From an uncultured Acidimicrobiaceae bacterium (GTDB lineage Bacteria > Actinomycetota > Acidimicrobiia > Acidimicrobiales > RAAP-2), in contig CAVWJQ010000010.1 in the NCBI GenBank assembly GCA_963755445.1, positions 118,720 to 182,719 of the forward strand: a stretch of 64,000 nucleotides of DNA, written 5' to 3'. The translations under genes were made by a program, and so were the position numbers. Of the stretch, positions 47,127 through 58,264 are shown piece by piece (position 1 is the stretch's first letter; every line of letters begins with the position of its first letter). The notes below the pieces were generated by a model. That model did no database searches, was not told the origin of the DNA, and saw only the letters and a list, made by a program, of their open reading frames with translations.

Positions 47127-48726
47127 CTAGGCCACCAGCTCCGGGCCCGACCACTCGAAGCCCTCGCCGTCGACCAGCTCGAACTCGGCGCCCGCCGCGT
47201 CCCGGGCCCGCTCGAGCTCGGCTTCGTCGGACCTCGACGCCGGACGCCTCGGCCTGCCGGACGCCCGGCAGGTGGACCAGGAGGGCCACCATGACCAGCG
47301 CGGCGATGCCGAAGAGCGCGGCGACGGCGAAGGTCACATCGAGGCCGTTGACGAGGTGGGTCGGGACGCCGGCGCCGGCCTTGAGCTGGGCGTGGCCCGC
47401 GGCAGCGCTCAGCACGGTGACCAGCACCGCCAGCCCCAGCGCCGCCCCCACCTGCTGGGTGACGTTCACGAGGCCGGACGCCGCCCCGGCGTCAGCCGGG
47501 TCGACGCCGGCGAGCCCGGCCTGCGTCAGCGGCACCAGCGCCGTCCCCGAGCCGGTGCCCAGCAGGACGAGGCTGACGAAGATCTGCAGGTACGACGCGC
47601 CGGCGTGCAGCTGGCTCGACATGAGCAGGGCGACGACCGTGAGGCTGATGCCGCTCATGATCAGCACCTTGGGGTGGACCCGACGGACGAGGACCTTGCT
47701 CACCAGCTGTGACGACAGGAACACCGATGCGGGCACGGGCAGGAAGCACAGTCCGGTGCGCAGGGGCGAGTAGCCCTGCACGTCCTGGAGGAACTGGCCC
47801 ACGAAGAAGAACATGCCGTACATGCCGGCGTACATCAGGCCGCGGGAGACATTGGCCGTCGTGCGCGTCCCGCTGGCGAAGAGGCGCAGCGGCACGATCG
47901 GCTCCTCGGCCCGGGTCTCGATACGCACGAAGACGCCGAGCAGGAAGGCCCCGACGGCGAGGGAGCCGATGGTCAACAGGCTCGACCAGCCGCGGGTGCC
48001 GGCCTCGACGAGCCCGAACACGATGCCCACCATGCCGAGCGTCGACGTGACGGCGCCGGCGACGTCGAAGTGACCGGAGCGACGAGGGGTCTCCTGCAGG
48101 GCGATGCGCCCGACCAGCAGGACGGCGAGGCCGATCGGGACGTTGACGAACATCACCCAGCGCCACGAGACCAGCTGCGTCAGCGCGCCGCCGGCCACCA
48201 GGCCGATCGCCCCGCCGGCGGCCGACACCGTCGTGAAGAGGCCGATGGCGCGGACCCGCTGGGGACCGTCCGAGAAGATGGTGGTGAGGAGCGCCAGCGA
48301 GGAGGGTGCGGCCAGAGCGGCGCCGACCCCCTGCAGGGCCCGGGCGGACAGGAGCATCCAGCCGGTGAGGGCCAGCCCCCCGAAGAGCGAGCTCACGGTG
48401 AAGATGGCGATGCCGGCCAGGAAGGTCCGGCGGCGGCCGAGCAGATCGCCCGAGCGTGCCCCCAGGAGCAGGAGGCCGCCGAAGGTGAGCAGGTAGCCGT
48501 TGATGACCCAGGAGAGCTCGCCCCCCGAGAGCCCGAGCCCCTCTTGGATGTGCGGCAGGGCCACATTGACGATGGTGGTGTCCAAGACGACCATCAGCTG
48601 GGCCGCCAGTATGACGAACAGGAACACCGAAGGGGTCCTGAACAGGGTCTTCAGGCGGCCGGGCGGGCCGGCGGCGGGTCCCCCGGCGAGCGTGGGGCGC
48701 GATGCGACAGTGAGTGAAGAAGGCAT
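47127..48726 (-). CDS. DHA2 (EmrB/QacA)-family MFS efflux transporter (1 frame change near the 3' end)
   Basis: QLMVVLDTTIVNVALPHI, WVINGYLLTFGGLLLLGARSGDLLGRR, SARALQGVGAALAAPS. About 500 aa is uninterrupted. The acidic tail DEAELERARDAAGAEFELVDGEGFEWSGPELVA* appears after a shift at about 47235. Confidence 0.85.
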
Positions 48727-48740
48727 TTGATTCCGATCTC

Positions 48741-48811
48741 TCCGCTGGTATTCTGGTAAGCGGAAGCTTCCTCCGGTTAGTATACGGAGGGTGCCTCCGC
48801 TTTGCAAGCGT
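48741..48811. promoter_or_regulatory. Cluster of inverted repeats in the divergent MFS/TetR promoter region (candidate operators)
   Basis: TCCGCT-N12-AGCGGA (48741-48764), CTCCG-N9-CGGAG (48771-48789) and CGCTTtgcAAGCG (48799-48811). The region is AT-richer than its surroundings. Confidence 0.35.
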
Positions 48812-48852
48812 GTTTTTCGGCCTGGCTCGTGACCGGGGAGGGAACGCAGGAG

Positions 48853-49480
48853 ATGACGGCGAAAACGGCGACGACGGCAGTGGGGACGGCGACGGTCGAG
48901 CGCGGGGACGAGGCTGCGACGGCGCCGGCGCGGCCCATGCGGGCCGACGCCAAGCGCAACTACGAGCTCCTCGTCACCGCGGCCCGCAAGGTCTTCGACC
49001 AGGAGGGCGGCGGCGCCTCCATGGAGGCCATCGCCAAGGAGGCGGGCGTCGGGATCGGCACGCTCTACCGTCACTTCCCCAAGCGCATCGACGTGGTGGA
49101 GGCGGTCTACGTCGACGACGTCGACGAGCTGGAGGCCGTGGCGCACACGGTGAGCGCCGACCTCGAGCCGTGGCCTGCATTCGTGGCCTGGCTCGAGGCC
49201 TTCGTCCGCTATGCGTCCGGCAAGAAGCGGTTCATGAACGAGCTGCACGAGGCGTTCGAGAAGGACCCGGCTCTGCGCTCGGCCTCGCGTGAGCGGATCG
49301 AAGGCGCGCTCGAGCATTGTGCTGACGCGTGCCCAGGCCGCGGGCGTGGTGCGCACCGACGTCGACGCGCCGGACCTCATGCAACTGCTCGGATCGATGT
49401 GCATGAGCGCCACCCTCACGCCCGATCAGGGCGGGCGGTTGCTCGTCATGATCGAAGACGGCCTGCGCCCGCAGGCCTGA
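48853..49480 (+). CDS. TetR/AcrR-family transcriptional regulator (1 frame change near 49300)
   Basis: RADAKRNYELLVTAARKVFDQEGGGASMEAIAKEAGVGIGTLYRHFPKRIDV. C-terminus in ORF 49289..49480. Confidence 0.85.
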
Positions 49481-49493
49481 CGCCGCTCCGGGC

Positions 49494-50504
49494 TCAGATG
49501 CCCGATCGCTCCGTGCGCACCGGGGCCGGGTCGGGCACGTGGGGCATCAGCGCATTGGGCGGGATGGTGCCCAGCCGGCCCGCTTCGAAGTCCTCGAGGG
49601 CTTGCCCGATTTCGGCCTTCGTGTTCATGACGAAGGGCCCGTAGTGCTCGACCGGCTCGCCGATCGGCTGGCCGCCGAGGATCAACGCCTCGAGGTGGTC
49701 CGTCCCACCGGGCTGCGTGTCGTCCGCCCGCAGTGAGACGAAGTCCCCCGGGCCGAAGGTGACGAGCTGCCCGCTGGCGACCGGCCGGCCGTCGCCGCCC
49801 ACCCGCCCGGAGCCGGCCAGGAGATAGACGAGGGCGTTGAAGCTCGGGTCCCACGGGAGCTCGAGCTGGGCGCCGGGGGCGATGGACGCGTGCATGAACG
49901 CCATGGGCGTGTGGGTGGATCCCGGGCCGCGGTGGCCGGCGACGTCACCGGCGATGATCCGCACCAGTGCGCCACCGTCGGCCGAGGACACCAGCGTGAC
50001 GTCACCCGCTTCGAGGCCCTGGTAGGCCGGCTCGATCATCTTGTCCCGTGCCGGCAGGTTCACCCACAGCTGAATGCCGTGGAACAGGCCGCCGGCCACG
50101 ACGAGAGCCTCGGGCGGCGTCTCAATGTGGAGGATGCCCTTCCCGGCGGTCATCCATTGCGTGGCGCCGTCCCTGATGACGCCCCCGCCGCCGTGTGAGT
50201 CCTGGTGCTGGAAGGTGCCGTCGATCATGTAGGTGACCGTCTCGAAGCCGCGGTGAGGGTGCCACGGCGTCCCCTTCGGCTCCCCTGGCGCGTACTCGAC
50301 CTCTCCCATCTGGTCCATGTGCACGAAGGGGTCGAGGTCGGCGAGGTTGACGCCGGCGAAGGCCCGGCGCACGGGAAAGCCCTCGCCCTCCAGGCCCCGC
50401 GGCGCGGTCGTCACGGAGCGGACCGGACGCTCCGCGACCTGGCCGCGGTCGACGGCCGGAACGGCGGGGAGCGTGGTCAGGTCATTGACGGTGACAGCGG
50501 GCAC
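49494..50504 (-). CDS. Pirin-family protein
   Basis: Intact 336 aa. PWHPHRGFETVTYMIDG, ATQWMTAGKGILHIE. Bicupin layout. Confidence 0.9.
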   Translation of the reverse strand: MPAVTVNDLTTLPAVPAVDRGQVAERPVRSVTTAPRGLEGEGFPVRRAFAGVNLADLDPFVHMDQMGEVEYAPGEPKGTPWHPHRGFETVTYMIDGTFQHQDSHGGGGVIRDGATQWMTAGKGILHIETPPEALVVAGGLFHGIQLWVNLPARDKMIEPAYQGLEAGDVTLVSSADGGALVRIIAGDVAGHRGPGSTHTPMAFMHASIAPGAQLELPWDPSFNALVYLLAGSGRVGGDGRPVASGQLVTFGPGDFVSLRADDTQPGGTDHLEALILGGQPIGEPVEHYGPFVMNTKAEIGQALEDFEAGRLGTIPPNALMPHVPDPAPVRTERSGI

Positions 50505-50576
50505 GGGGAACCTCCGATCGTTGTGGGCCAGCGGCCGCCGACGCGGCCGTTCGCCTCGTTGCAGGATATGGGCGCC

Positions 50577-50921
50577 TCAGTGGAGGTGGCGCTCCCAGTC
50601 GGCCGGCACGCGGCCGGCCGGGCCCGGGGTGGGCTGACTCATCGGGTGGTGCTCCGGCGGCGCCAGCTTCGGGCCGTCGTAGTACTGCTCGGTCTCGTAG
50701 TCCCAGAACCAGTCCTCACCCGGCTCGAAGCTCCGGACGATGTTGTGGCCGGGCTCACGGGCGTGCTTGCTGGCGTGCTGGCTCGGTGAGCTGTCGCAAC
50801 AGCCGACGTGGCCGCATGCCGCGCAACGGCGGAGGTGGAACCACCATCCGTCCGTCGCGAGGCACTCGACGCACCCGGCACCGCTGGGCTCGACCGCTGG
50901 GTTGATGGGCTCGTCGGCCAC
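50577..50921 (-). CDS. UBP-type zinc-finger domain protein
   Basis: Intact 114 aa. CVECLATDGWWFHLRRCAACGHVGCCDSSPSQHASKHAREPGHNIVRSFEPGEDWFW matches the zf-UBP Cys/His pattern. Confidence 0.8.
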   Translation of the reverse strand: MADEPINPAVEPSGAGCVECLATDGWWFHLRRCAACGHVGCCDSSPSQHASKHAREPGHNIVRSFEPGEDWFWDYETEQYYDGPKLAPPEHHPMSQPTPGPAGRVPADWERHLH

Positions 50922-50930
50922 GGCGCCGTC

Positions 50931-51452
50931 CTACCCGGCCAGAGCGTCGCTCCGCCGGGGCAGGACCCACCCCGGCCGAGGAAAGTGGCACGTGTAGCCG
51001 TTGGGGTAGTGCTCCAGGTAGTCCTGGTGCTCGGGCTCGGCCTCCCAGAACGGTCCCGCCGGCACGACCTCGGTCACGACCTTGCCGGGCCAGAGCCCGG
51101 AGGCCTCGACGTCGGCGATGGTGTCCTCGGCCACCCGCTTCTGCTCGTCGTCGACGTAGAAGATGGCGGAGCGGTAGCTCAGCCCCACATCGTTGCCCTG
51201 ACGGTTCTTGGTCGTCGGGTCGTGGATCTGGAAGAAGAACTCCAGCAGGTCCCGGTAGGAGGTCACGCTGGGGTCGAAGGTGATCTCGATCGCCTCGGCG
51301 TGGGTCCCGTGGTTGCGGTAGGTCGCATTGGCCACGTCCCCCCCGGTGTACCCGACCCGGGTCGTGATGACCCCGGGACGCTTGCGGATGAGATCCTGCA
51401 TGCCCCAGAAGCATCCCCCGGCCAGGATGGCCTTCTCTGTCGTGGCACTCAT
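50931..51452 (-). CDS. msrA: Peptide-methionine (S)-S-oxide reductase
   Basis: [11 protein letters not shown] active site, [29 protein letters not shown]. Confidence 0.9.
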   Translation of the reverse strand: MSATTEKAILAGGCFWGMQDLIRKRPGVITTRVGYTGGDVANATYRNHGTHAEAIEITFDPSVTSYRDLLEFFFQIHDPTTKNRQGNDVGLSYRSAIFYVDDEQKRVAEDTIADVEASGLWPGKVVTEVVPAGPFWEAEPEHQDYLEHYPNGYTCHFPRPGWVLPRRSDALAG

Positions 51453-51925
51453 GACTGGGCCACCTCCTCCTTGTTCGCCCCTCCATCGAAGAGCTCCGTG
51501 TACTGACCGTATCCCTCGGCCTCGAGATCCTCGTAGGGGACGAAGCGCAGTGCGGCCGAGTTGATGCAATAGCGCAGGCCGCCCTGGTCCGGGGGCCCGT
51601 CGTTGAAGACATGGCCGAGGTGGCTGTCGCCGTGGACCGAGCGGACCTCGGTCCTGACCATGCCGTGGCTCATGTCCGAGTGCTCGACCACGTTGGCCGG
51701 CTCCAGCGGGATGGTGAAGCTCGGCCAGCCACAGCCGCTGTCGAACTTCTTGAGGGAGGCGAACAGCGGCTCCCCCGACACGATGTCGACGTAGATGCCG
51801 GCCTCCTTCTTGTCCCAGAACTCGTTGTCGAAGGCCGGCTCGGTGGCGGCCTCCTGGGTGACGGCGTACTCCCTCGGCCCCAGCTTGGCCACGGCCTCGG
51901 GGTCCTTGCGGTATCGATCGCTCAT
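51449..51925 (-). CDS. msrB: Peptide-methionine (R)-S-oxide reductase
   Basis: [52 protein letters not shown]. The stop overlaps the msrA start (ATGA). Confidence 0.9.
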   Translation of the reverse strand: MSDRYRKDPEAVAKLGPREYAVTQEAATEPAFDNEFWDKKEAGIYVDIVSGEPLFASLKKFDSGCGWPSFTIPLEPANVVEHSDMSHGMVRTEVRSVHGDSHLGHVFNDGPPDQGGLRYCINSAALRFVPYEDLEAEGYGQYTELFDGGANKEEVAQS

Positions 51926-52258
51926 CTCAACTCCTTTGCCACCCACTGGTGGCGCTCTTTGTATCCAACTACTCCAACGCCCTCCTGTCACCATTGGTTC
52001 CCGAATTCCGGGCGGCACCACACGTTTCGGCGAACACAGAGCCCGGACCGGCGGCAGAGGGCTCTGACCTCGGCTTCCGGAGCCCGCCGCAGGTGGGCGG
52101 AGCCGAACCCGAGCGGCGTCGTCCCACCGACCGGTGGCCCGCCACCGCCGATTCTGCGGGCCGGATGGCTCAGGTACCCTCTTTCCTGGGCGGCCGTCGG
52201 CGGGGGGCCAATCCGCCGGTGACCACGCAACACGGAGCACACGACCTGAAGGGGAGCC

Positions 52259-54032
52259 ATGTCGGAGACCAGCGAGATCGATCTCGTCACAGCAGAGGTC
52301 ATCAGATCGGCCATGGAGACCGTCTGCTTCGAAATGGCGACCTACGTCTCCCGCACGGCGACGACGCCGATCCTGAACCAGTCCAACGAGCGCAACGCCA
52401 CGATCCTCGACGCCGAGGGCCGCCTGGCGGCGCTCTCGGTCGGCATTCCCCAGTTCATGCTGTCGAGCACCCTCCCCGTCCGCTTCGCCATCGACTTCTT
52501 CGGCGAGGAGCTCAAGCCCGGGCGACGTGATCGTGGCCAACGACCCGTACCACGGAGGTGGCCACCTTCCCGACTTCAACGTCTTCTCCCCCGTCTTCGA
52601 CGACGAGGGCGCCCTCCTCCTCATCGCCTCCATCCAGTGCCATCACGGCGACACGGGAGGGGCCTCAGCCGGTGGCTACAACACCATGGCCAAGGACATC
52701 TACAGCGAGGGGACGCGCTACCCGCTCCTCAAGATCATCGACGGCGGCCATGAGCGTCGCGACGTCATTCTCACCATGCGGGCCAACAACCGGCTGGCCG
52801 GGTTCATCGGCGACTTGCGCTCCCAGGTCGGGGCGGCCCAGCTCGGCGCAGCCAGGCTGCAGGAGCTGGCGACGCACTGGGGGGCCGACACGGTCCGGGC
52901 CGCCGTCACCCACACCATCGACGACGCCCGCCGGCGGTTCTCCGACGAGATCCGGGACTGGCCGGACGGCACCTACGAGACCGACATCTACGTCGACAGT
53001 GACCCGCAGGGCAACCAGGACATCCACGTGCACCTCGCCGTGACGGTCGACGACGACCGCCTCATCCTCGACTTCGAGGGCTCGGACACCCGCCCACACA
53101 TCGCGGCCTGGTCCACCTTCGGCAACACGCGCGGCAACGCCATCGCCCAACTGGCCAGCCTGGTGGACCCGTCCATCCCGAAGAACGAGGGGTTCTTCGA
53201 CTGTGTGGAGCTGCGCGTCCCGCTCGGCTGTTGCCTCAATCCCGAGGAGCCGAAGCCGGTCAGCTCGGGCACGCACCACCCGGGCGTGGAGGTGGGCGAC
53301 GCCATCGCCGTGGCCATGTCGCAGATCATCCCGGAGCGCTGCGCACCGCAGACCTACAAGTTCGGCAGCCCACGCCAGATGTGGGGTGAGGTCGACCCGC
53401 GCACCGGCCGGTCGTTCTTCGACCACGGCGGCGAAGTCAGCGCCGGCTGGGTGAACGGCGTCGACGGCGTCGACGGCTGGGGAGCCCTGGCGCCGGCCAT
53501 GGGCAATCTGATCAAGGCGTCGGCCGAGCTCAACGAGCGGCTCTTCCCGCACATTCTGCGGGGACGCAACTACCTGACCGATTCCGGCGGCCCCGGCAAG
53601 TTCCGGGGCGGCTGCGGCAGCCACTTCGTCAAGGAGGCCCGCACGCCGACCTCCATCAGCCAGTACTGCGTGAACCAGCGCCACCTGCACCCGGGCATCG
53701 CCGGTGGGCTGCCGGGGAGCCCCGACATCTGCTTCGTCAGCAAGGGCACCGAGCGTGAGGTCCGGGTCTCCCCCGTCGTCACGGCGCACCTGCTCGAGAC
53801 GGGCGACCAGCTGGTCTACGACTTCGGCGGGGGCGGTGGCTGGGGTGACCCGCTCGAGCGCGACGTCGAAGCCGTGCTCGACGACGTCTGGGACGAGTAC
53901 GTCTCGGTGGAGGGCGCACAACGCGACTACGGCGTCGTCATCACGGGGACGCTCGAGGCCATGGACCTCGCCATCGACTACGACGCCACGAAGCAACTCC
54001 GGGCAGACCGGTCCGAGGAGGGTGGGGCATGA
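52259..54032 (+). CDS. Hydantoinase B/oxoprolinase-family protein (1 frame change near 52525)
   Basis: [76 protein letters not shown]. Confidence 0.85.
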
Positions 54033-56108
54033 GCAGCGACCGCTATCGCATCGGCGTCGACGTCGGCGGGACCTTCACCGACTGCGTCCTGCTGCGCCCG
54101 GACGGCTCCATCATTCTGGAGAAGACGCCGACGACCCCCGAGGACCAGTCCGACGGCGTCCTGGCCGGCATCGCCCGCCTGGCCGAGGCGGAGAGCCTGG
54201 CCGACGCCGCCGCGTTGTTGGGGCGGACCGCGTCGGTGGTGCACGGCACCACGGCGGCGGACAACAGCATGATCCAGATGACCGGGGCCCCCACCGGCCT
54301 GCTGGTCACCGAGGGCTTCCGCGACGAAATCGAAATGCGGCGCTGCTACAAGGAGGACATCTGGGACCCGAGCTACCCGGCCCCCGAGCCCATCGCCCGC
54401 CGCCGGGTACGGCTCGAGGTGGACGAGCGCATCACGAGTGAGGGCACCGTCGACCGCGAGCTCGACGAGGAGGGCGTGCGCAAGGCGACGGCGCGCCTGC
54501 GGGCTTTCGGCGTGACGTCGATCGCCGTGTGCTTCCTGCACAGCTATCTCAACCCGAGCCACGAGCTCCGGGCCCGGGAGATCATTCTGGACGAGTATCC
54601 CGACGTCGAGCTCATCTCGCTCTCCCACGAGGTGTGGCCGAAGCCGCCCGAATTCGAGCGGACGTCCACGACCCTCGTCAACGCATTCGTGGGACCGCCC
54701 ATCGTCCGCTACCTCGACCGCCTCGAGGCCCGGCTGCAGGAGGCGGGTTTCTCGGAGGAGCTCCTCCTGGCCACCAGCTCGGGCGGCGTGGCCACCCCGC
54801 GGGCGACGAAGACCCGGCCGCTCGCCACCATCAGCTCGGGGCCGACGGGCGGCGTGGTCGCGGCGGCGGGCGCGGCCGCGGCGGCGGGGCTCGGCGACGT
54901 CGTCAGCGTCGACATGGGCGGCACCAGCTACGACGTCTGCCTGATCCGCGGCGGCAGGCCGGAGGTCAAGACCGACTGGAACTGGCGGCACCGCTACTGC
55001 ATCGCCCTGCCGATGGTCGACGTGCACTCCATCGGCGCCGGCGGGGGCTCGCTGAGCCGCAACCGGGCCGGCTCCCTCACCGTCGGGCCCGAATCGGCCG
55101 GCAGCATCCCGGGACCGGTGTGTTACCGCCGCGGGGGGACCGAGCCCACCGTGACCGACGCCGACCTGGTGCTGGGCCGTCTGGACCCCACTGCGTTCTG
55201 GAGCGGGCGGCTCGACCTCGACGTCGACGGGGCGCGCCAGGCCCTGGCCGCCGTGGGCAAGCCGCTGGGTCTCGACGCGGAAGAGGCGGCGGTCGCCACC
55301 GTCGCCATCATCGACGCCCACATGTGTGACGCCGTCCGCCGCATCCTCTCCCTGGCCGGTGCCGACGCCCGCGAGCTCGACCTGGTCGCCTTCGGCGGCA
55401 TGGGTGCCGTCCACGCGGCCCGCCACGCCGCGCTGCTCGGCATGCGGCGAGTCCTCATCCCGCGGGCCGCCCCCGCCTTCTCCGCCCTCGGCCTGCTCAC
55501 CGCCAATCACGTCATCGACGAGGCCCGCACGCTGCAGGGGGACTGGCGGGCGATCGACCTCGGGAGGCTGAGCGAGCTGGCGGAGGAGCTGATGACCTCG
55601 GCCGAGGACGCACTCGAGGCGGCGGGCATCGCCGCCCGAGCGCCGGGTCTACGAATGGCGGATCAACCTGGTGTACCCGGGACAGACCTTCGACGTCGCC
55701 ATCCCCCTCGACAAGGCGGCGGGGAGCCCCATCAGCCAGGAGTCGTTGGAGGCCGCCGTCAGCGAGTTCCATCGCCGCAACGAGGAGGCCCGGCTCATTG
55801 AGGCCCGTTCGCAGGAGCCGGTCGTGCGCGGCGTCCGCTTGCTGGCCACCGGGCTGGTCGACCAGCCGGCGGAGCTGGTGCTGGACGAGGAGCCCGTCAC
55901 GGAGCCGATCGGCCACCGCCGCGTCTTCACCGGTGAGGCCTGGCACGACGACGTCCCGGTCTACGACGGCGACGCGCTCCATCCCGGTGCCCCGATCGCG
56001 GGCCCCGCGCTCGTCCAGAGCCGGTTCACGACGATCGTCCTGGCGGCCGGCGACGAGGCGCGCATGCTGCCCAACGGCGACGTGCTCATCGAGGTCACGC
56101 CGGCCTGA
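54029..56108 (+). CDS. Hydantoinase A/oxoprolinase-family protein (1 frame change near 55650)
   Basis: YRIGVDVGGTFTDCVL, HGTTAADN, TEGFRDEIEM, SVDMGGTSYDVCLI. The start overlaps the upstream stop (ATGA). Confidence 0.85.
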
Positions 56109-56114
56109 CCGCAG

Positions 56115-57608
56115 CTATCCCATGCGGGTCAGCACGTTCCGGGTGATCTGTTCGACCTGCGGGTCACGCGCCGCCAGGCCGTGTGCCCAGTCGGTCGAGC
56201 CCGAGGTCAGCACCGTGGCGCCGGCATCGTTGGTGAAGGCGCCGAGTACGGCATGGCCGTGGCGGATGCGCTCCATCGCCTCGGGGTCCCGGGTCCCGAA
56301 GACCCGCGAGGCGATGTACTCCAACTCGCTGGGCTCTCCGGCCTTGGGCGGGCGTGGCGCCGTCTCCCGCGTGAAGTGCTGCGTCGGGCAGGTACCCAGG
56401 ATCTCGAAGGTCGAAGGCGTGCCGTCCTCGCCGGTCGCATACGGCAGGCCGTCCCGGTAGGTGAAGACGCAGCCGTCGCACTCGTAGCCGACGACCGTCG
56501 CCGCGGCACCGAGCACGTCGCCGTACCCGAGCCCGGTGCCCTCGAAGATCCAGTGCCCGGCGCGATGCACGGTGTAACCGCCGAGCCCCGAGGTCACATT
56601 GCGCCCGATGCGGTGGTAGCCACCACGGGTGAACGAGACGCCGGTCATGGCGTTCTCGGGGCGGCTCACGACGACATCGGACCAGAACGTCGTGACCTCC
56701 GACTCCCGCGCCGTGCCCAGGAACGGGTCGTTCTTGAAGAAGGCCTTGTACCCCACCATGACGTCGTGGTCGTCCCCCTCGATCCGCACCTGCCACAGCG
56801 ACGTGTTCCCCGAGAAGAAGGCGGCGTTCCCACCGCCGGAGACGAACGCCTCCACCGTGTCGCGCATCCCTTTGGACCAGTACTCGTCGTGACCGACCGA
56901 CAGATAGAGGCTGGCGCCGTCGAGGACCTCGGGGTGCTCCGCCAGATCGGCATTGGTGCAGACGCCGATCTCGAAGCCCTCCTTCTCGGCCCACTCGATG
57001 AAGGGCAGCTCCCAGTCGGGCCAGCCCGCCGACCCGGCGTAGCCCGACAGATGGTTGATCGTGATGTAACCGACGTGGGCGGCGTTCTGCGGATCGGGTG
57101 CGCCGGTGCCGGTGACGCGCCGGCCCTTGCCGGGTGGCTTGGAGAGATACCCGGCCGCCATCGGCCGCCGCATGGAGACCTGGGTCCCTCCGGTGTAGAG
57201 GTTCGGCCCGCCGAAGTCGTTGTAGGCGTGCCAGGTGTTCGTCGCCAGCGCCAGGACGATCCGCGTCCCCGCTGTGGGACGGACGACGAAGAACGCGAAG
57301 TCCCGCCGGGCCTTCTCACCCACGTCGATCTCCATGACGACCTCGTAGTAGCCCGAGCGCCAGGCCGGGTCGACGTCCAGCGTCAGGGCGGTGGGCCACT
57401 TGCAGCCGCTGGCGGCGGCATCGCGTGGGGCATCGTGCTCGCCGGCGGCGACCGCGTCGGCCGTGTAGACGACCTCGCGCCGGGCGCCCACCCGCGCCAC
57501 CTCGATCCGCACCGGTCGCGCACCCGACGAGGACAGGTGCAGGCCGACCTGTTCTCCGGCGGCCACCGACTGCGGCCAGCAGTAGCCCGTCACCACCTCA
57601 CGTGCCAT
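56115..57608 (-). CDS. N,N-dimethylformamidase beta-subunit-like family protein (amidase-like, function unknown)
   Basis: Intact 497 aa. LATNTWHAYNDFGG, SVGHDEYWS, NAAFFSGNTSLWQVR and VGYECDG are blocks I associate with this family (from memory, not searched). Confidence 0.55.
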   Translation of the reverse strand: MAREVVTGYCWPQSVAAGEQVGLHLSSSGARPVRIEVARVGARREVVYTADAVAAGEHDAPRDAAASGCKWPTALTLDVDPAWRSGYYEVVMEIDVGEKARRDFAFFVVRPTAGTRIVLALATNTWHAYNDFGGPNLYTGGTQVSMRRPMAAGYLSKPPGKGRRVTGTGAPDPQNAAHVGYITINHLSGYAGSAGWPDWELPFIEWAEKEGFEIGVCTNADLAEHPEVLDGASLYLSVGHDEYWSKGMRDTVEAFVSGGGNAAFFSGNTSLWQVRIEGDDHDVMVGYKAFFKNDPFLGTARESEVTTFWSDVVVSRPENAMTGVSFTRGGYHRIGRNVTSGLGGYTVHRAGHWIFEGTGLGYGDVLGAAATVVGYECDGCVFTYRDGLPYATGEDGTPSTFEILGTCPTQHFTRETAPRPPKAGEPSELEYIASRVFGTRDPEAMERIRHGHAVLGAFTNDAGATVLTSGSTDWAHGLAARDPQVEQITRNVLTRMG

Positions 57609-57672
57609 CGCCCGACCCTACCCAGCGCCCACCGCGCTCGCCCGCTGCGGGCGTCGTTGTTACCGTCGAGCC

Positions 57673-58155
57673 ATGACCGACGAGCTGGGCTACCTGTTGG
57701 ACCGGCGGGAGATCGACGACCTCCTGACCCGCTATGCGAACGTGCTCGACAGCCGCCGCTGGGACGACCTGGGAACGATCTTCACCCCGGACGCCACCCT
57801 CGACTACCGCTCGGCCGGCGGCATCCGGGGCTCCTTTGCCGAGGTGGCCGAGTGGCTGTCGGCGGTGCTCCCGTTCTTCACCTGGACACAGCACCTCGTG
57901 TTCAACCGTGCCGTCGATCTGACGCCGGGAGCGGACACGGCCACCTCGCACGCGGACTTCTCCAACCCCAACGGGTGCGAGGTGGACGGAAAGCAGTGGC
58001 TGTTCGTGGTCGGCGGCTCGTACCACGACCGTCTCGTCCGCGGGCCGGAGGGCTGGCGCATCCACCATCGGGTCGAAGTGACCCTGTGGTGGGACAACCC
58101 GATGCCGGGACTCCCGCCGGTCCCCTATCCCGTTCCCGACGACGCCTTCGCCTAG
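57673..58155 (+). CDS. SnoaL-like / NTF2-fold protein
   Basis: Intact 160 aa. REIDDLLTRYANVLDSRRWDDLGTIFTPDATLDY .. QHLVFN .. YHDRLVRGPEGWRI. Confidence 0.7.
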   Translation: MTDELGYLLDRREIDDLLTRYANVLDSRRWDDLGTIFTPDATLDYRSAGGIRGSFAEVAEWLSAVLPFFTWTQHLVFNRAVDLTPGADTATSHADFSNPNGCEVDGKQWLFVVGGSYHDRLVRGPEGWRIHHRVEVTLWWDNPMPGLPPVPYPVPDDAFA

Positions 58156-58222
58156 CCGTACCAGCCTCGACGTGGCAGAGGGAACGGTCGACAGGCACGA
58201 CTGCCGACCCCCCTGCAGACTT

Positions 58223-58264
58223 GCAACGGGAGTATCGGCGTGCCTGTGCAACCAGATCGCAACC
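58223..58264. promoter_or_regulatory. GCAACC direct repeats upstream of the PAS-GGDEF-EAL gene
   Basis: GCAACC at 58248 and 58259 (11-bp spacing), plus GCAACG at 58223. They lie in a lower-GC 140-bp intergenic region, 35 nt before the ATG. Confidence 0.3.
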
